From a virus, in IMG/VR virus record IMGVR_UViG_3300042523_000478, positions 1 to 64,000 of that record: a stretch of DNA of 64,000 nt; one strand, given 5' to 3'. The notes beneath the pieces were generated by a model. The model was not told the origin of the DNA. It saw nothing but the letters and a program-made list of their open reading frames with translations, and did not search any database. How positions within the stretch are numbered: position 1 is the first letter of the stretch; the number at the start of each line of letters is the position of its first letter. A program made the position numbers and the translations under genes. Positions 38,323 through 48,945 of this stretch are shown one piece after another.

Positions 38323-38610
38323 ATGGCAACTAGTGAAAGATTAGATTTTAGTCAACCAATGAATGATTTAGGTCAAATTGGTGAAGAGCAAAGAAAAAAA
38401 TTATTTCCAAAGAATGATTATAAAGAACAAAATAAATATTCAGCAACAAATCCTGACGCTCTTGGTGATGGTGATGAGTTTGGTAAAGGTACCGGTATTT
38501 TCTTAGATACCGCGAATGGAGGTTCTTCTGTTGATACATTAGAAAGAATTAATGAAATTAAAATTAACGAATATCAAATAGACAAACCTTATACCACTCC
38601 ATCGGCATAA
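38323..38610 (+). CDS. hypothetical phage protein
   Basis: 95 aa, tightly packed in operon; NPDALGDGDEFGKGTG. Confidence 0.65.
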   Translation: MATSERLDFSQPMNDLGQIGEEQRKKLFPKNDYKEQNKYSATNPDALGDGDEFGKGTGIFLDTANGGSSVDTLERINEIKINEYQIDKPYTTPSA

Positions 38611-38990
38611 TGAAACTTTACAATAACTATAATAAACTTATTCTTGAAATAGCTTCAATAAATAATATTGTAGACGCTATTAAGAAAAGGCAGCGTGTTA
38701 TTGTTTATTATGAAGGAGATGAACCAGGGGGAAAAGGATTAAGAATTGTTGAGCCGGTTTGTTTTGGTTATAGTAAAGCAGGTAATCCAGTTTTACGGGC
38801 GTGGGATTTAGAAGGGGCTTCTCACAGGGCTTATCTTGGTAAAAAACCTCTACCTAGTTGGAGATTATTTAGAGTAGACAAGGTAATTACTTTTAAACCA
38901 ACAACCGAGACATTTAATGAGGCAAGACCAAATTATAATCCGTCTGGTGATAAAAGTATGACTAAAGTCATTATAAACGCAGTATTTTAA
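38610..38990 (+). CDS. stand-alone WYL-domain protein
   Basis: IVYY...RIVEPVCFG...LRAW...WRLFRVDKV. Confidence 0.75.
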   Translation: MKLYNNYNKLILEIASINNIVDAIKKRQRVIVYYEGDEPGGKGLRIVEPVCFGYSKAGNPVLRAWDLEGASHRAYLGKKPLPSWRLFRVDKVITFKPTTETFNEARPNYNPSGDKSMTKVIINAVF

Positions 38991-38994
38991 TTAT

Positions 38995-39630
38995 ATGAAT
39001 AACGAAGACCAATTATTACAAAAATTAATGATATCCAAAAAAATTATGGAAAAACATAACGAAATGGGTAGAGGAAATGGAGGTTCTATGAATATGGACC
39101 GTCCTGTGGTTGAGGAGTATCGACCAGTTAACGCAAAATATAACGTTCCCCAAGAATATTTACAAGAATCGGAACAAACACAACAACCTTATTTATCTGA
39201 ATTACCAAGAGAAAATACTAAACCTGTTGGATCTCCTACTACGGACGCAATTAAAAACTCTAGATTGCCGGATGAAATAAAAAGATTAATGATGGAACAC
39301 CCAATACAACAACCAACTATGGGAGTTAATACAAGTGCAACATTGTCTAATGATTTGATAGAAAGAGCGTCTAGATTAATGAATACAAAACCAAATGGTA
39401 GTTTAATAGAAAATACTACGGTTAAAAAACAACAACCACAAAATTTATCACTTAATTCTATTAATGCTGATGATATTAAAAGTATTGTAAGAGAAACTGT
39501 TCAGGATGTGTTAAGAGAGAATGGTCTTTTAATTGAGTCAACATCAAACAGTAACGAACTTTTTAAATTTAAAGTAGGGCAACATTTGTTTGAGGGTAAA
39601 TTAACAAGTGTTAAGAAAGTTGCTAAATAA
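38995..39630 (+). CDS. hypothetical phage protein
   Basis: 211 aa; IKNSRLPDEIKRLM; IKSIVRETVQDVLRE. Confidence 0.6.
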   Translation: MNNEDQLLQKLMISKKIMEKHNEMGRGNGGSMNMDRPVVEEYRPVNAKYNVPQEYLQESEQTQQPYLSELPRENTKPVGSPTTDAIKNSRLPDEIKRLMMEHPIQQPTMGVNTSATLSNDLIERASRLMNTKPNGSLIENTTVKKQQPQNLSLNSINADDIKSIVRETVQDVLRENGLLIESTSNSNELFKFKVGQHLFEGKLTSVKKVAK

Positions 39631-39649
39631 ATTTACTTAAAATTAATTT

Positions 39650-39680
39650 ATCCCATTCTCTTTGAGTTTGGGATTTTTTT
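39650..39680 (+). terminator. intrinsic terminator
   Basis: atcccattctc-ttt-gagtttgggat followed by a T run. Confidence 0.65.
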
Positions 39681-39689
39681 ATTTTATGG

Positions 39690-39721
39690 GTTGATATTTT
39701 TACAATATTTAAGTATCTTTT
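39690..39721 (+). promoter_or_regulatory. possible Bacteroidota-type promoter (imperfect)
   Basis: gTTG-N20-TAtcTTTt just upstream of 39728, heading the long plus-strand operon. Confidence 0.35.
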
Positions 39722-39727
39722 CCTTAT

Positions 39728-40942
39728 ATGGAAAAAATCAATGTACTAGTACTCCCTTCAGACCAATCAGGTGTTGGTAAATTTAGGTCAACTGACCCCC
39801 ACATTAAATTACAGAATATGTATCCAGATGATTTCCATGTGGATATTGAGTATCAACCAAATGTAAACGACATTAATTTTTGGAAAAAATATCAAATTGT
39901 ACATTTCCATAGAACAATTGGGTCTGATTACGATAACACACCTATACTTATTAAGCAATTACAAGCTATGGGAATTGTTGTTGTTGGTGATATAGATGAT
40001 TATTGGTTACCAACAAAAGAACACCCGATTCACCAATTAATTATTCAAAATAAATTATACGAAAAAATTGTTGCAAATTTAAAAGTTGCCGATTATGTTA
40101 TTACAACAACAGAAATTTTTGCCAATGAAATAAGAAAATTTAATAAAAATGTAATTGTTTTGCCAAATGCAATCGACCCGAATGATCCACAGTTTAATGA
40201 ACCAACATTACCTTCAGAAAAAATTAGAGTTGGTTGGTTAGGTGGTTCATCACATTTACACGATTTAAAATTACTTGATGGAACAGTTTCAAAACTATCA
40301 CAACAACAAGATAAGTTACAATTTTATCTTTGTGGGTTTGATATAAGAGGTACCGTTACCGAAATAAATCAACAAACAGGAGAAAAAACTCAAAGACCTA
40401 TTAAACCTGAAGAAACCGTTTGGGTTAAATATGAACAAATATTTACTAATGATTACAAAATAATAACACCAACATATAAAGATTATCTTAATACTTTTGT
40501 TGAGAATGATTACTCTGGTGTTGAAAATGAAAATTATGTTCGTGTTTGGACTCGTCCTGTAAGCTCATACGCAAAAAACTATTCCAAGTTTGATATATCA
40601 CTAGCTCCTATTAAAAATCACATCTTTAATAGAATGAAATCACAATTAAAAGTTATTGAGGCTGGGTTCTATAAAAAAGCATTAATCGCTTCAAATGTTG
40701 GTCCATATACCATTGATTTAAAACACGCACTAGATAAAGGTCAATTTACCGACGGTAACGCTTTATTAGTTAATGAAAATAACAACCATAGTGATTGGGC
40801 AAAAAATATTAAGAAATTGGTTGACAATCCAAATATGATTGTTGATCTTGGTGAGAGGTTGTATGAAACAGTAAGTGTTAAATATAATCTTAATTTTGTG
40901 ACGGCCGAACGTGCATCTTTTTACAAATCTTTAATAAAATAA
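39728..40942 (+). CDS. GT-B (GT4-like) glycosyltransferase
   Basis: DIDDYW, VLPNAID, VGWLGGSSH..DL, DISLAP...FN.MKSQLK.IEAG, IASNVGPY. Confidence 0.8.
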   Translation: MEKINVLVLPSDQSGVGKFRSTDPHIKLQNMYPDDFHVDIEYQPNVNDINFWKKYQIVHFHRTIGSDYDNTPILIKQLQAMGIVVVGDIDDYWLPTKEHPIHQLIIQNKLYEKIVANLKVADYVITTTEIFANEIRKFNKNVIVLPNAIDPNDPQFNEPTLPSEKIRVGWLGGSSHLHDLKLLDGTVSKLSQQQDKLQFYLCGFDIRGTVTEINQQTGEKTQRPIKPEETVWVKYEQIFTNDYKIITPTYKDYLNTFVENDYSGVENENYVRVWTRPVSSYAKNYSKFDISLAPIKNHIFNRMKSQLKVIEAGFYKKALIASNVGPYTIDLKHALDKGQFTDGNALLVNENNNHSDWAKNIKKLVDNPNMIVDLGERLYETVSVKYNLNFVTAERASFYKSLIK

Positions 40943-40945
40943 TTT

Positions 40946-41665
40946 ATGATTAATATACCTATAACAAAAATTTTGTTTCTTGATATAGAAACAGTTGGTG
41001 GATGTAAGGACTGGGAAAATTGTCAAGAAAATAATCCAGGAGTTGCAAGTCAATTTGAAAAATATTTTGATTGGTTCCTAAAAAGATTTCCTGAAGATAA
41101 TTTAAACAACCAAGATGAAAATCAATTAAAAAATACGGTGTTTGTAAAAAGAGCCGCTTTAGTTCCAGAGTTTGCAAAAATTGTATGTGTTTCTATGGCG
41201 TTTGTTATGGATAATGGTGACATTAAAAAACAAACTTTTTCTGGTGATGATGAAAAAAAACTTTTAAGTGATGTAAGAAATCTTTTAGATAGATGTCACA
41301 AGTTGGATTTTTATCTTTGTGGTCACAACCTTAAAAACTTTGACATACCTATGTTGGCAAAACGAATGATTATAAATGGAATTATGCCTTCAAAGATTCT
41401 ACCTTCTTACGATACAAAACCTTGGGAAGTAAAGGCGATTGATACTAAAGAAATATGGCAATACGGATCATATACCTCAATTGGTTCTTTAGATCTTATG
41501 TGTACTTGTCTTGACATACCAACACCAAAAGACGGTGAAGTAACCGGAGATAAAGTACATCATGCATACTGGAATGAAAATAAATTAGAGGCAATCTCAG
41601 AATATTGTGAGAAAGATGTTAATGTTTTGATTGACACTATAAAAAAATTAAAAGAATTAAAATAA
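40946..41665 (+). CDS. PolB-related 3'-5' exonuclease (DnaQ-like)
   Basis: LFLDIETV, GHNLKNFDIP, IDT, YCEKDV (DEDDy). Confidence 0.85.
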   Translation: MINIPITKILFLDIETVGGCKDWENCQENNPGVASQFEKYFDWFLKRFPEDNLNNQDENQLKNTVFVKRAALVPEFAKIVCVSMAFVMDNGDIKKQTFSGDDEKKLLSDVRNLLDRCHKLDFYLCGHNLKNFDIPMLAKRMIINGIMPSKILPSYDTKPWEVKAIDTKEIWQYGSYTSIGSLDLMCTCLDIPTPKDGEVTGDKVHHAYWNENKLEAISEYCEKDVNVLIDTIKKLKELK

Positions 41666-42222
41666 TGGGAATAGAAGATTTGTTTGAAGATTCAATAGAG
41701 GACACTGACTACAATCAAATAATTGAGGAGTATGGTCTTGATGTTAAACAACTTGAGAAGGATATGGGAATTTATCAACCTACAATGGATTTAAGGTTCT
41801 CCTTCTCAAATGAAGGATCAATTACACCTAAATACGCATACCCTACAGATTCAGGTATGGATTTATATTCAACTGAAGATATTGATGTAGACCCTTTTGG
41901 TAGAGTTTTAGTTCCAACTGGAGTTCATTTTGATATTCCAGAAAATTACGAAATACAAGTAAGAACTAAAAGTGGTTTAGCTCTTAACCAGGGATTAATG
42001 GTTTTAAATAGTCCTGGCACTGTAGATCAAGGTTATACGGGAGAAATTAAAGTTATTTTGATGAATATGAATAACGAAGTAATCACCGTAAATAAAGGAC
42101 AAAAAATTGCACAAGCGGTTCTATGTCCAGTGGTTTCAGGTAAATGGGTTAAATTAATTGAGGTTAAAAAATTAGAAAATAAAGAAAGAAGCGATAACGG
42201 CTTCGGATCAACAGGAATTTAA
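41665..42222 (+). CDS. dut: dUTP diphosphatase
   Basis: DSGMDL, RTKSGLA, NSPGTVDQGYTGEI, KIAQ, RSDNGFGSTG. Confidence 0.95.
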   Translation: MGIEDLFEDSIEDTDYNQIIEEYGLDVKQLEKDMGIYQPTMDLRFSFSNEGSITPKYAYPTDSGMDLYSTEDIDVDPFGRVLVPTGVHFDIPENYEIQVRTKSGLALNQGLMVLNSPGTVDQGYTGEIKVILMNMNNEVITVNKGQKIAQAVLCPVVSGKWVKLIEVKKLENKERSDNGFGSTGI

Positions 42223-42225
42223 ATC

Positions 42226-42939
42226 ATGAGAGTTGCGTTAGTTTGCATTGCAAAAAATGAAGAATTATATATCCAAGAGTGGATTGATTATAATAAAAAA
42301 TTAGGGTTTGATGATATAATCATTTACCAAAATGACTGGAGATGGTCAGGTGAGAACGATAACGTTCATAAAATAGATTTTGATGGGTTAAATAAACAAA
42401 GAGACGCATATAATCACTTTATTAAACATAATGTTAATAATTTTGATTGGGTTGCATTTTTTGATGTTGATGAGTTTTTAGTTTTAAAAAAACATGATAA
42501 TATCAAATCTTTTCTTTCCGACTATGAGGAATTTCCGGCCGTAGGAATAAATTGGGTGTTATTTGGTGATAATGGACATAAAACCGTTAACGGTGATTAT
42601 AACGTAGTAAAAAGATTTACTAAAAGACAGAAAGATGTGAATTTACACGTTAAATGTATTGTAAAATTAACACCAACAACACATATGAGTGTTCATAACC
42701 CGAGTTCTGTTTGGGTTGACACCCATAAACGACAAAATACAGGTCCATTTACTCAAATACACACTGACGATATTGCGCAGATAAACCACTATTTTTGTAA
42801 AACACAAGAGGAATTCCAATTAAAATGTGACAGAGGTAGGGCAGATATGTTTAATACTAAACGAAACATAGGTGAGTTTGAACCTCACAACACTAACGAC
42901 ACGGAAGACTTAACCGCATATAATTTCTTTTACAAATGA
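42226..42939 (+). CDS. GT2/GT92-like glycosyltransferase
   Basis: CIAKNEELYIQEWI, GFDDIIIY, WVAFFDVDEF, INHYFCKT. Confidence 0.8.
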   Translation: MRVALVCIAKNEELYIQEWIDYNKKLGFDDIIIYQNDWRWSGENDNVHKIDFDGLNKQRDAYNHFIKHNVNNFDWVAFFDVDEFLVLKKHDNIKSFLSDYEEFPAVGINWVLFGDNGHKTVNGDYNVVKRFTKRQKDVNLHVKCIVKLTPTTHMSVHNPSSVWVDTHKRQNTGPFTQIHTDDIAQINHYFCKTQEEFQLKCDRGRADMFNTKRNIGEFEPHNTNDTEDLTAYNFFYK

Positions 42940-44447
42940 TAACAATAGTTTACTCAACACATAAGGATTCAAACCACAATAGTAAATTTCAAAAACATCT
43001 AAGGGATACTGTTGGGTTAAAGGACGTTCAAATTTTAGAATTTGAGAATCATAATCAATTCTCATTATCTCAAGTTTATAACAGTGGTATTACAGAATCA
43101 ATATATGATATTGTAGTTTGTTGTCATAACGACATTAAACTTGAGAAAGGTTGGGGTAAAAAATTACTAAGGGATTTTGAAGATAACTCCGACTACGGTA
43201 TTATTGGTAAGGCCGGTTCTTGTTATTTTCCTGAGTCAGGAGTTTACTGGGAAAGATTAAAACAAACTATGGTTGGTCAAGTTTATCATCACCCTAAAGG
43301 TCATAACAAATGGTTAAGTAAATATTCCTCTAAATTGCCATTTTTAATTCCAGTTGTAACAATTGATGGTCTTTTTATTTCGTTTAATAAAACAAAAATA
43401 AAACACACCTTTGACGAGTCAATTGGTAAATTTCACTTTTATGACCATTTATTTTGTATTCCAAATTATATAGATGGAGTAAAAATTGGAGTGACTTCGT
43501 CTTTTGAAATCACTCACGAATCTGTTGGCCAACCAAATCAAGAGTTCTGGGAAAGTAAGGAAAAATTTGTTGAGAAGTGGGGTAATAATTTACCTTTAGA
43601 TTTAAAACCTGAGATTCCATACGTACCAACAATTAAAATAAAACAATTAAAAAATGTTGGTAAGATTGCGATAATAATACCAACAAAAGGTAACACACAA
43701 ATGTTATTTGATTGTGTTAATTCATTTTACCAACAATGTGATTCAAAATTATTTGATGTTTTTATTGCGGATACCGGGTCAACAAACGAAGAAAAAGAAT
43801 GGGTAAAAGAAAAAATACTCCCAATGGGGAATATAAAATTAATTGAATATGATTATTATAATTTTGCAAAAATAAATAATGATGTTGTTAAAAACCATAT
43901 TGGTAAAGAATATGAATTTTTACTTTTTTGTAATAATGATATTAAAATATTAAATAATGTTATTTATGGAATGTTAAAGGTTTTTAAAACATACCCTAAA
44001 ACTGGAACTGTGGGGGCTAGGCTTCATTTTGAGGATGGCACAATCCAACATAATGGAATAATAGCCTTTTTTGACTCAAACAAAATTGTACAATTATCTC
44101 ACATTGGCCTAAGAAATTATTACAATTATTCCACAGGAGTTAATCCGGTTATTGGTAATACTGCGGCATTAATGATGATAAGAAAAAGTTTATTTGAATC
44201 TTGTGGATTTTTTAATGAGGGTTACCAAACGTGTTTTGAAGACGTGGAATTAAATGCAAAATGTATCATAAAGGGTTATATTAATTATTGTGATAGTTCT
44301 TCAGTTTCTTATCATTTAGAAAGTGAAACAAGAAAAAAAGATACAGAAAAAAACGAAAAAGAAAGAAATGATTATGCGGAATTACTTTATCCATTTATGC
44401 TTAATCACGTTAAAGAATTAAAAAATTTCTTTTATCAAAATAAATAA
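42936..44447 (+). CDS. two-domain GT2 glycosyltransferase
   Basis: CCHNDI...TIDGLF...FHFYD; second domain IIIPT, DTGS, NFAKINN, FCNND, FEDVEL. Confidence 0.85.
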   Translation: MITIVYSTHKDSNHNSKFQKHLRDTVGLKDVQILEFENHNQFSLSQVYNSGITESIYDIVVCCHNDIKLEKGWGKKLLRDFEDNSDYGIIGKAGSCYFPESGVYWERLKQTMVGQVYHHPKGHNKWLSKYSSKLPFLIPVVTIDGLFISFNKTKIKHTFDESIGKFHFYDHLFCIPNYIDGVKIGVTSSFEITHESVGQPNQEFWESKEKFVEKWGNNLPLDLKPEIPYVPTIKIKQLKNVGKIAIIIPTKGNTQMLFDCVNSFYQQCDSKLFDVFIADTGSTNEEKEWVKEKILPMGNIKLIEYDYYNFAKINNDVVKNHIGKEYEFLLFCNNDIKILNNVIYGMLKVFKTYPKTGTVGARLHFEDGTIQHNGIIAFFDSNKIVQLSHIGLRNYYNYSTGVNPVIGNTAALMMIRKSLFESCGFFNEGYQTCFEDVELNAKCIIKGYINYCDSSSVSYHLESETRKKDTEKNEKERNDYAELLYPFMLNHVKELKNFFYQNK

Positions 44448-44466
44448 ATAATATAAAAATAAAAGT

Positions 44467-45234
44467 ATGAAGTTAGGAATTAGTTATAATGTTTTTGATG
44501 GAGAAGAACTATTAGAAGATTCAATAAAACAAATAAGAAGTGAGGTTGATTACATAAGTGTGGTATATCAAACAACCTCAAATTTGGGTAATGGATGTGA
44601 TGAAAATTTAGAACCTCTTTTAAATAGATTAGTTTCAGAAAAACTTATAGACCATTTAGATAAATATTCACCTTTTGGTATGAACCCTCACCATTGTGAA
44701 ATAACAAAAAGAAATATAGGACTTGAGTTGTCAAAAAAGAATGGATGCACACATCATATGTCAATGGACACTGACGAATATTACGATATAAATGAATTTA
44801 TAAAAATTAAAAACATAATACAAAAGAATGATTACGATTCTTCGTATTGTCAAATGAAGACTTATTATAAAACTTGGGAATACCAATTAGATCCACCTGA
44901 AGAATATTATGTATCTTTAATTTTTAAGATAAAAGAAAAATCTAATTACGTTTTTGGATATAGCTCACCTGTGTTAGTAGATCCTACAAGGAGAATGTCT
45001 GATATTACCAACCCAGTTGTTTTTAGTAGGGACCAAATTGAAATGCATCACGGATCCTACATTAGGAACGACATAAAAAGAAAATTATTAAACAGTTCCG
45101 CTTTCGTTAATTTCAAAGACGAGGTAAGTAAAATTGTTAATCATTATAACATTTGGAAGTTCCCAAATAAAGTTTTGTGGGGAGGTAAACCAAGTAAGTT
45201 ATTAAATGTCATAAAAGTAAAAAATAAATTTTAG
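44467..45234 (+). CDS. GT-A fold glycosyltransferase-like protein
   Basis: YNVFDGEELL, KRNIG, SMDTDEYY (DxD), MHH. Confidence 0.65.
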   Translation: MKLGISYNVFDGEELLEDSIKQIRSEVDYISVVYQTTSNLGNGCDENLEPLLNRLVSEKLIDHLDKYSPFGMNPHHCEITKRNIGLELSKKNGCTHHMSMDTDEYYDINEFIKIKNIIQKNDYDSSYCQMKTYYKTWEYQLDPPEEYYVSLIFKIKEKSNYVFGYSSPVLVDPTRRMSDITNPVVFSRDQIEMHHGSYIRNDIKRKLLNSSAFVNFKDEVSKIVNHYNIWKFPNKVLWGGKPSKLLNVIKVKNKF

Positions 45235-45235
45235 T

Positions 45236-45850
45236 ATGGAAAATTATTGGGAAGAAAGTTTAAGTTTTAAAATACAACAAAAAAAGAATGAATGGATTTC
45301 TTTTATTAAAGAAATATCCAAAAATGGTAAACTAAAAAATTGTTTAGAGATAGGTTGTTATGATGGGGGTACAACTGTATTTTTATCTAATTTTTTTGAA
45401 AACCTTATAACCATAGATCAACAAATACAACCTAGATTTGATGAATTTAAATACACACATAATAACTCTAATTTATTTGGTTCCGAATATATAAAAACAA
45501 AATGCAATTTTAACTATATTTCAGGAAGTAGTCACGATAAAAATACCTATGATAAAGTAAAAAACACACTTAATGGTAATAAATTAGATTTACTTTTTAT
45601 TGATGGAGACCATTCATATAACGGAGTTAAGTTAGACTTCAATATGTATTATGATTTTGTCAAAGATGGTGGTATAATTGCTTTTCACGATATTCATAGG
45701 AGTAATTTTCACGAAAATCACGGATGTTACGTTCACGATTTTTGGGATGAATTGATTGAAGATGGTAAAAATAACATTGTTTTCTTTGACTCGGATGCAA
45801 GTGATTTGTGGGGTGGTATTGGTTTAATTTACAAAACAAAAAATATTTAA
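45236..45850 (+). CDS. class I SAM methyltransferase (Methyltransf_24-like)
   Basis: LEIGCYDGGT, DLLFIDGDHSY.GV..D, GGIIAFHD. Confidence 0.85.
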   Translation: MENYWEESLSFKIQQKKNEWISFIKEISKNGKLKNCLEIGCYDGGTTVFLSNFFENLITIDQQIQPRFDEFKYTHNNSNLFGSEYIKTKCNFNYISGSSHDKNTYDKVKNTLNGNKLDLLFIDGDHSYNGVKLDFNMYYDFVKDGGIIAFHDIHRSNFHENHGCYVHDFWDELIEDGKNNIVFFDSDASDLWGGIGLIYKTKNI

Positions 45851-45852
45851 AT

Positions 45853-46647
45853 ATGATTTACGATGGTTTAGTTTTTTATTCTTCCTTTTTTCCTGATGAA
45901 AAAAATATTTTCAGAGGTGAAAAATTTTTAACCACTATGGTAGAAAAATTTAAAAACCATTTAATATTTGTTGGTATTCAAACCGATACGATAAATACTT
46001 GGTTAGAAATATTAGAAAAATATAAAAATAGTGGTTTGAATATTATATACGAAAGGTGTAATCCTGAACTATACGTAAATTCAGATGTTGCGGGATATCA
46101 AAAGGCGTTAGAATTATTTTACTTAAATAAAGAAAATATAAAAGTAAAAGACAATAGTCTTGCGTGGTTTGGACACAGTAAAGGTGTTACAACTAATGAA
46201 ATGTCTTGTCATAACTGGATGTTTGAGAATTTTTGGGGTAAACCAGAATTAATTATGGAAAAACTTTTTAGTAATAATTCTTATGGTTGTTATGGAACAC
46301 ATTTAAGTTTTTTACCAATATACGACACTAAAAAAATAAAAGACATTTGGACATCTTATTGTGATTTTACTTTTATAAAAAAACCTATAAAATTTATGTA
46401 TGTTAATACATTTTTTGTTATTAAAAGTGAAATTTTTTTAAAAATGATTAATAATTTAAGTAAAAAATTTTTATACAAAAAAATTAATGGTGTTCACGGT
46501 GGTGAGGGTGATAGATATTTTTTTGAAAGAGATTTTATACATTTTGTTGATATGATGGGTTATGAACCAATATTTGAGACTTACGGACCAAATGTTACTT
46601 GGGGGGAAGTTAATCCAGATGAATACTATAAACATTTAAATGAATGA
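45853..46647 (+). CDS. hypothetical glycan-modification protein
   Basis: inside the GT operon; WFGHSKG and DRYFFER motifs; ATG 45853 preferred over 45808. Confidence 0.5.
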   Translation: MIYDGLVFYSSFFPDEKNIFRGEKFLTTMVEKFKNHLIFVGIQTDTINTWLEILEKYKNSGLNIIYERCNPELYVNSDVAGYQKALELFYLNKENIKVKDNSLAWFGHSKGVTTNEMSCHNWMFENFWGKPELIMEKLFSNNSYGCYGTHLSFLPIYDTKKIKDIWTSYCDFTFIKKPIKFMYVNTFFVIKSEIFLKMINNLSKKFLYKKINGVHGGEGDRYFFERDFIHFVDMMGYEPIFETYGPNVTWGEVNPDEYYKHLNE

Positions 46648-47326
46648 AAAAAAAATGAAATTACTAATTAAATTCCCAACAAGGGGTAGAAAAGAACTTT
46701 TTTTTAAAGTACTTGATAAATATTACGAATTATTAGACGATATTGATAATACAATATTTGTAATTACTTGTGATTTAGACGATAAAGAAATGAATGATGA
46801 ATCTGTGATAAAAAAATTAGAAACTTATAAAAATTTATTTTTTTATTTTGGTAATTCTAAAACAAAAATAGAGGCGGTAAATTCAGATTTAGATAAACAT
46901 AATGATTATGATATTATTTTATTAGCTTCGGATGATATGATACCACAAGTTAAAGGTTACGATAGTATCATTAGAAATAATATGAATGAATTTTACCCGG
47001 ATACTGATGGTGTTTTATGGTATTATGATGGATACAGAAGTGATTTAAATACTCTTAGTATTTTAGGTAAAACATATTATAAACGTTTTAATTATATTTA
47101 CCATCCTAGTTATGTTTCTTTTTATGCCGACAACGAATTTATGTTAGTCGCTAAAAGTTTAAACAAACAAACATATTTTAATAATTGTATAATTAAACAT
47201 TTTCATCCAGATATTACAAAAGATGTTCACAATGAATATGATGAAACTTACATAAAAAACAATGTAAGTGGTGATGAAAAAATTTACCAAAAAAGATTAA
47301 TAAACAATTTTAATAAACAATTTTAA
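46640..47326 (+). CDS. GT2-like glycosyltransferase
   Basis: KFPTRGR, KIEAVN, LASDDM, YADNEF, HFHP; start may be 46655. Confidence 0.75.
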   Translation: MNEKKMKLLIKFPTRGRKELFFKVLDKYYELLDDIDNTIFVITCDLDDKEMNDESVIKKLETYKNLFFYFGNSKTKIEAVNSDLDKHNDYDIILLASDDMIPQVKGYDSIIRNNMNEFYPDTDGVLWYYDGYRSDLNTLSILGKTYYKRFNYIYHPSYVSFYADNEFMLVAKSLNKQTYFNNCIIKHFHPDITKDVHNEYDETYIKNNVSGDEKIYQKRLINNFNKQF

Positions 47327-47338
47327 TATTAAATAAAG

Positions 47339-47968
47339 ATGTATTACGGACAAAATAATGAAGACAAAATAATTAATGATTATATTTTGGAAAAACACGG
47401 ACCAGATTATATTGGTACTGTTTTAGAAATTGGGGCAAATGATGGCATAACCCTTAGTAACTCAAAATTTTTTAGGGATCTTGGTTGGCAAGGTTTTTTA
47501 GTTGAGGCAGGGAAAAAACCTTTTGATAAATTAGTTGAAAACGTTTTAGGAAATAGTAAATGTTATAATGTTGCATTAGGTTCTGAAAATTGTAAATTAA
47601 AATTTTATGAAAGTGGTAAACAACTTGGGGAAAAGGACACGGGGTTAGTATCGTCTCTTATTATGGATGAAACTTTTAGGTGGAGACGTAGTGGTGTAAC
47701 CTATGAAGAAAACGAAGTAGAATGTTTAACCTGGAATTCTTTTTTAGAAAAATACAATCTTACAGAACAAAGTTTTAACATAATTAGTATTGATATTGAA
47801 GGAATGGATTATATAGTTCTTAATCAAATTGATTTAAACAAAGTAAATTGTGAGGTTGTTTGTGTTGAGTTTAATGGTAAACAAAAAGACCTTTTTGTTA
47901 ATTATTGTCAAAAATTCAATATGAATTTAATACACCAAAACGGTGAAAACTTAATTTTTGTAAAATAA
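47339..47968 (+). CDS. FkbM family methyltransferase
   Basis: YGQNNED, EIGANDG..LSNS, ISIDIEG, CVE. Confidence 0.85.
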   Translation: MYYGQNNEDKIINDYILEKHGPDYIGTVLEIGANDGITLSNSKFFRDLGWQGFLVEAGKKPFDKLVENVLGNSKCYNVALGSENCKLKFYESGKQLGEKDTGLVSSLIMDETFRWRRSGVTYEENEVECLTWNSFLEKYNLTEQSFNIISIDIEGMDYIVLNQIDLNKVNCEVVCVEFNGKQKDLFVNYCQKFNMNLIHQNGENLIFVK

Positions 47969-48003
47969 TAATAAAACCATATAAACATTTGAATAATAAT
48001 AAA

Positions 48004-48945
48004 ATGAATCCACACAAATCTTTAATAGAAAAACTAAATTCTAAAAACTATAACACATCTGAAAAAACGTATGACGAGGACTTCTATACGGACAATATTT
48101 TTGACTTATTAGAAGATGAATCAATAAATAACTTAAAAGGGGGATTTAATAGTCCATCAGATAATTTTAATAGATTTAAAGATATTATATCTGACCCAAA
48201 CAATTTGTATATTAATAGAGTAGAAAATGCAGGTACTGTTGAAAACGGAATTATTACTTTACATAATGGTATAAAACTTAGTACTGAATATTACGGTAAC
48301 TTTATTGAGATATTAAAATATAATTTAGGTGTTCACGAACCATCCGAAGAAAGAGCGTTTCAAAAAGTTTTAACTAAACTAGACAAAGGTTCTATTATGA
48401 TTGAATTAGGTAGTTACTGGTCAATGTACTCAATATGGTTTATGAAAGCAATTGAAGATTCAATCTCTTACTGTATTGAACCTGACGCTAATAATATGAG
48501 GGTTGGAATTAAAAATTTTGAAATTAACGAATTAAAACCAAATTTTATACAAGGCAAAATTTCTAAATCCGATTTTAACCCACTAACGTTCTTTTTAAAA
48601 AATAATTTAGAAAAAATAGATATATTACATAGTGACATTCAAGGATATGAGGTAGAGATGTTGGATATGATACAACCTTATCTTTCTGAAAAAAAAATAA
48701 AATATTTATTTATTAGTACACACAGTAATCCACTTCATTATGAGTGTATTTCTTTTTTAAAAAAAAATGGGTATAAAATTTTATCTTCGTGTGATTTTGA
48801 TAACGAATCTTTTCAATATGATGGTTTTATACTATCTTGTCCAGATAACTTATATGAGATTGATGAATTTAAAATCGGTAACAGAAGTAAAACTGAGTTA
48901 ATTAGTGATCAAGAATTAAATAAAATTATTAATAATAAATTATGA
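48004..48945 (+). CDS. FkbM-like methyltransferase
   Basis: GVHEP.EE, MIELGS.W, EP, LHSDIQGYE, FISTH; ATG 48004 preferred over TTG 47989. Confidence 0.7.
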   Translation: MNPHKSLIEKLNSKNYNTSEKTYDEDFYTDNIFDLLEDESINNLKGGFNSPSDNFNRFKDIISDPNNLYINRVENAGTVENGIITLHNGIKLSTEYYGNFIEILKYNLGVHEPSEERAFQKVLTKLDKGSIMIELGSYWSMYSIWFMKAIEDSISYCIEPDANNMRVGIKNFEINELKPNFIQGKISKSDFNPLTFFLKNNLEKIDILHSDIQGYEVEMLDMIQPYLSEKKIKYLFISTHSNPLHYECISFLKKNGYKILSSCDFDNESFQYDGFILSCPDNLYEIDEFKIGNRSKTELISDQELNKIINNKL

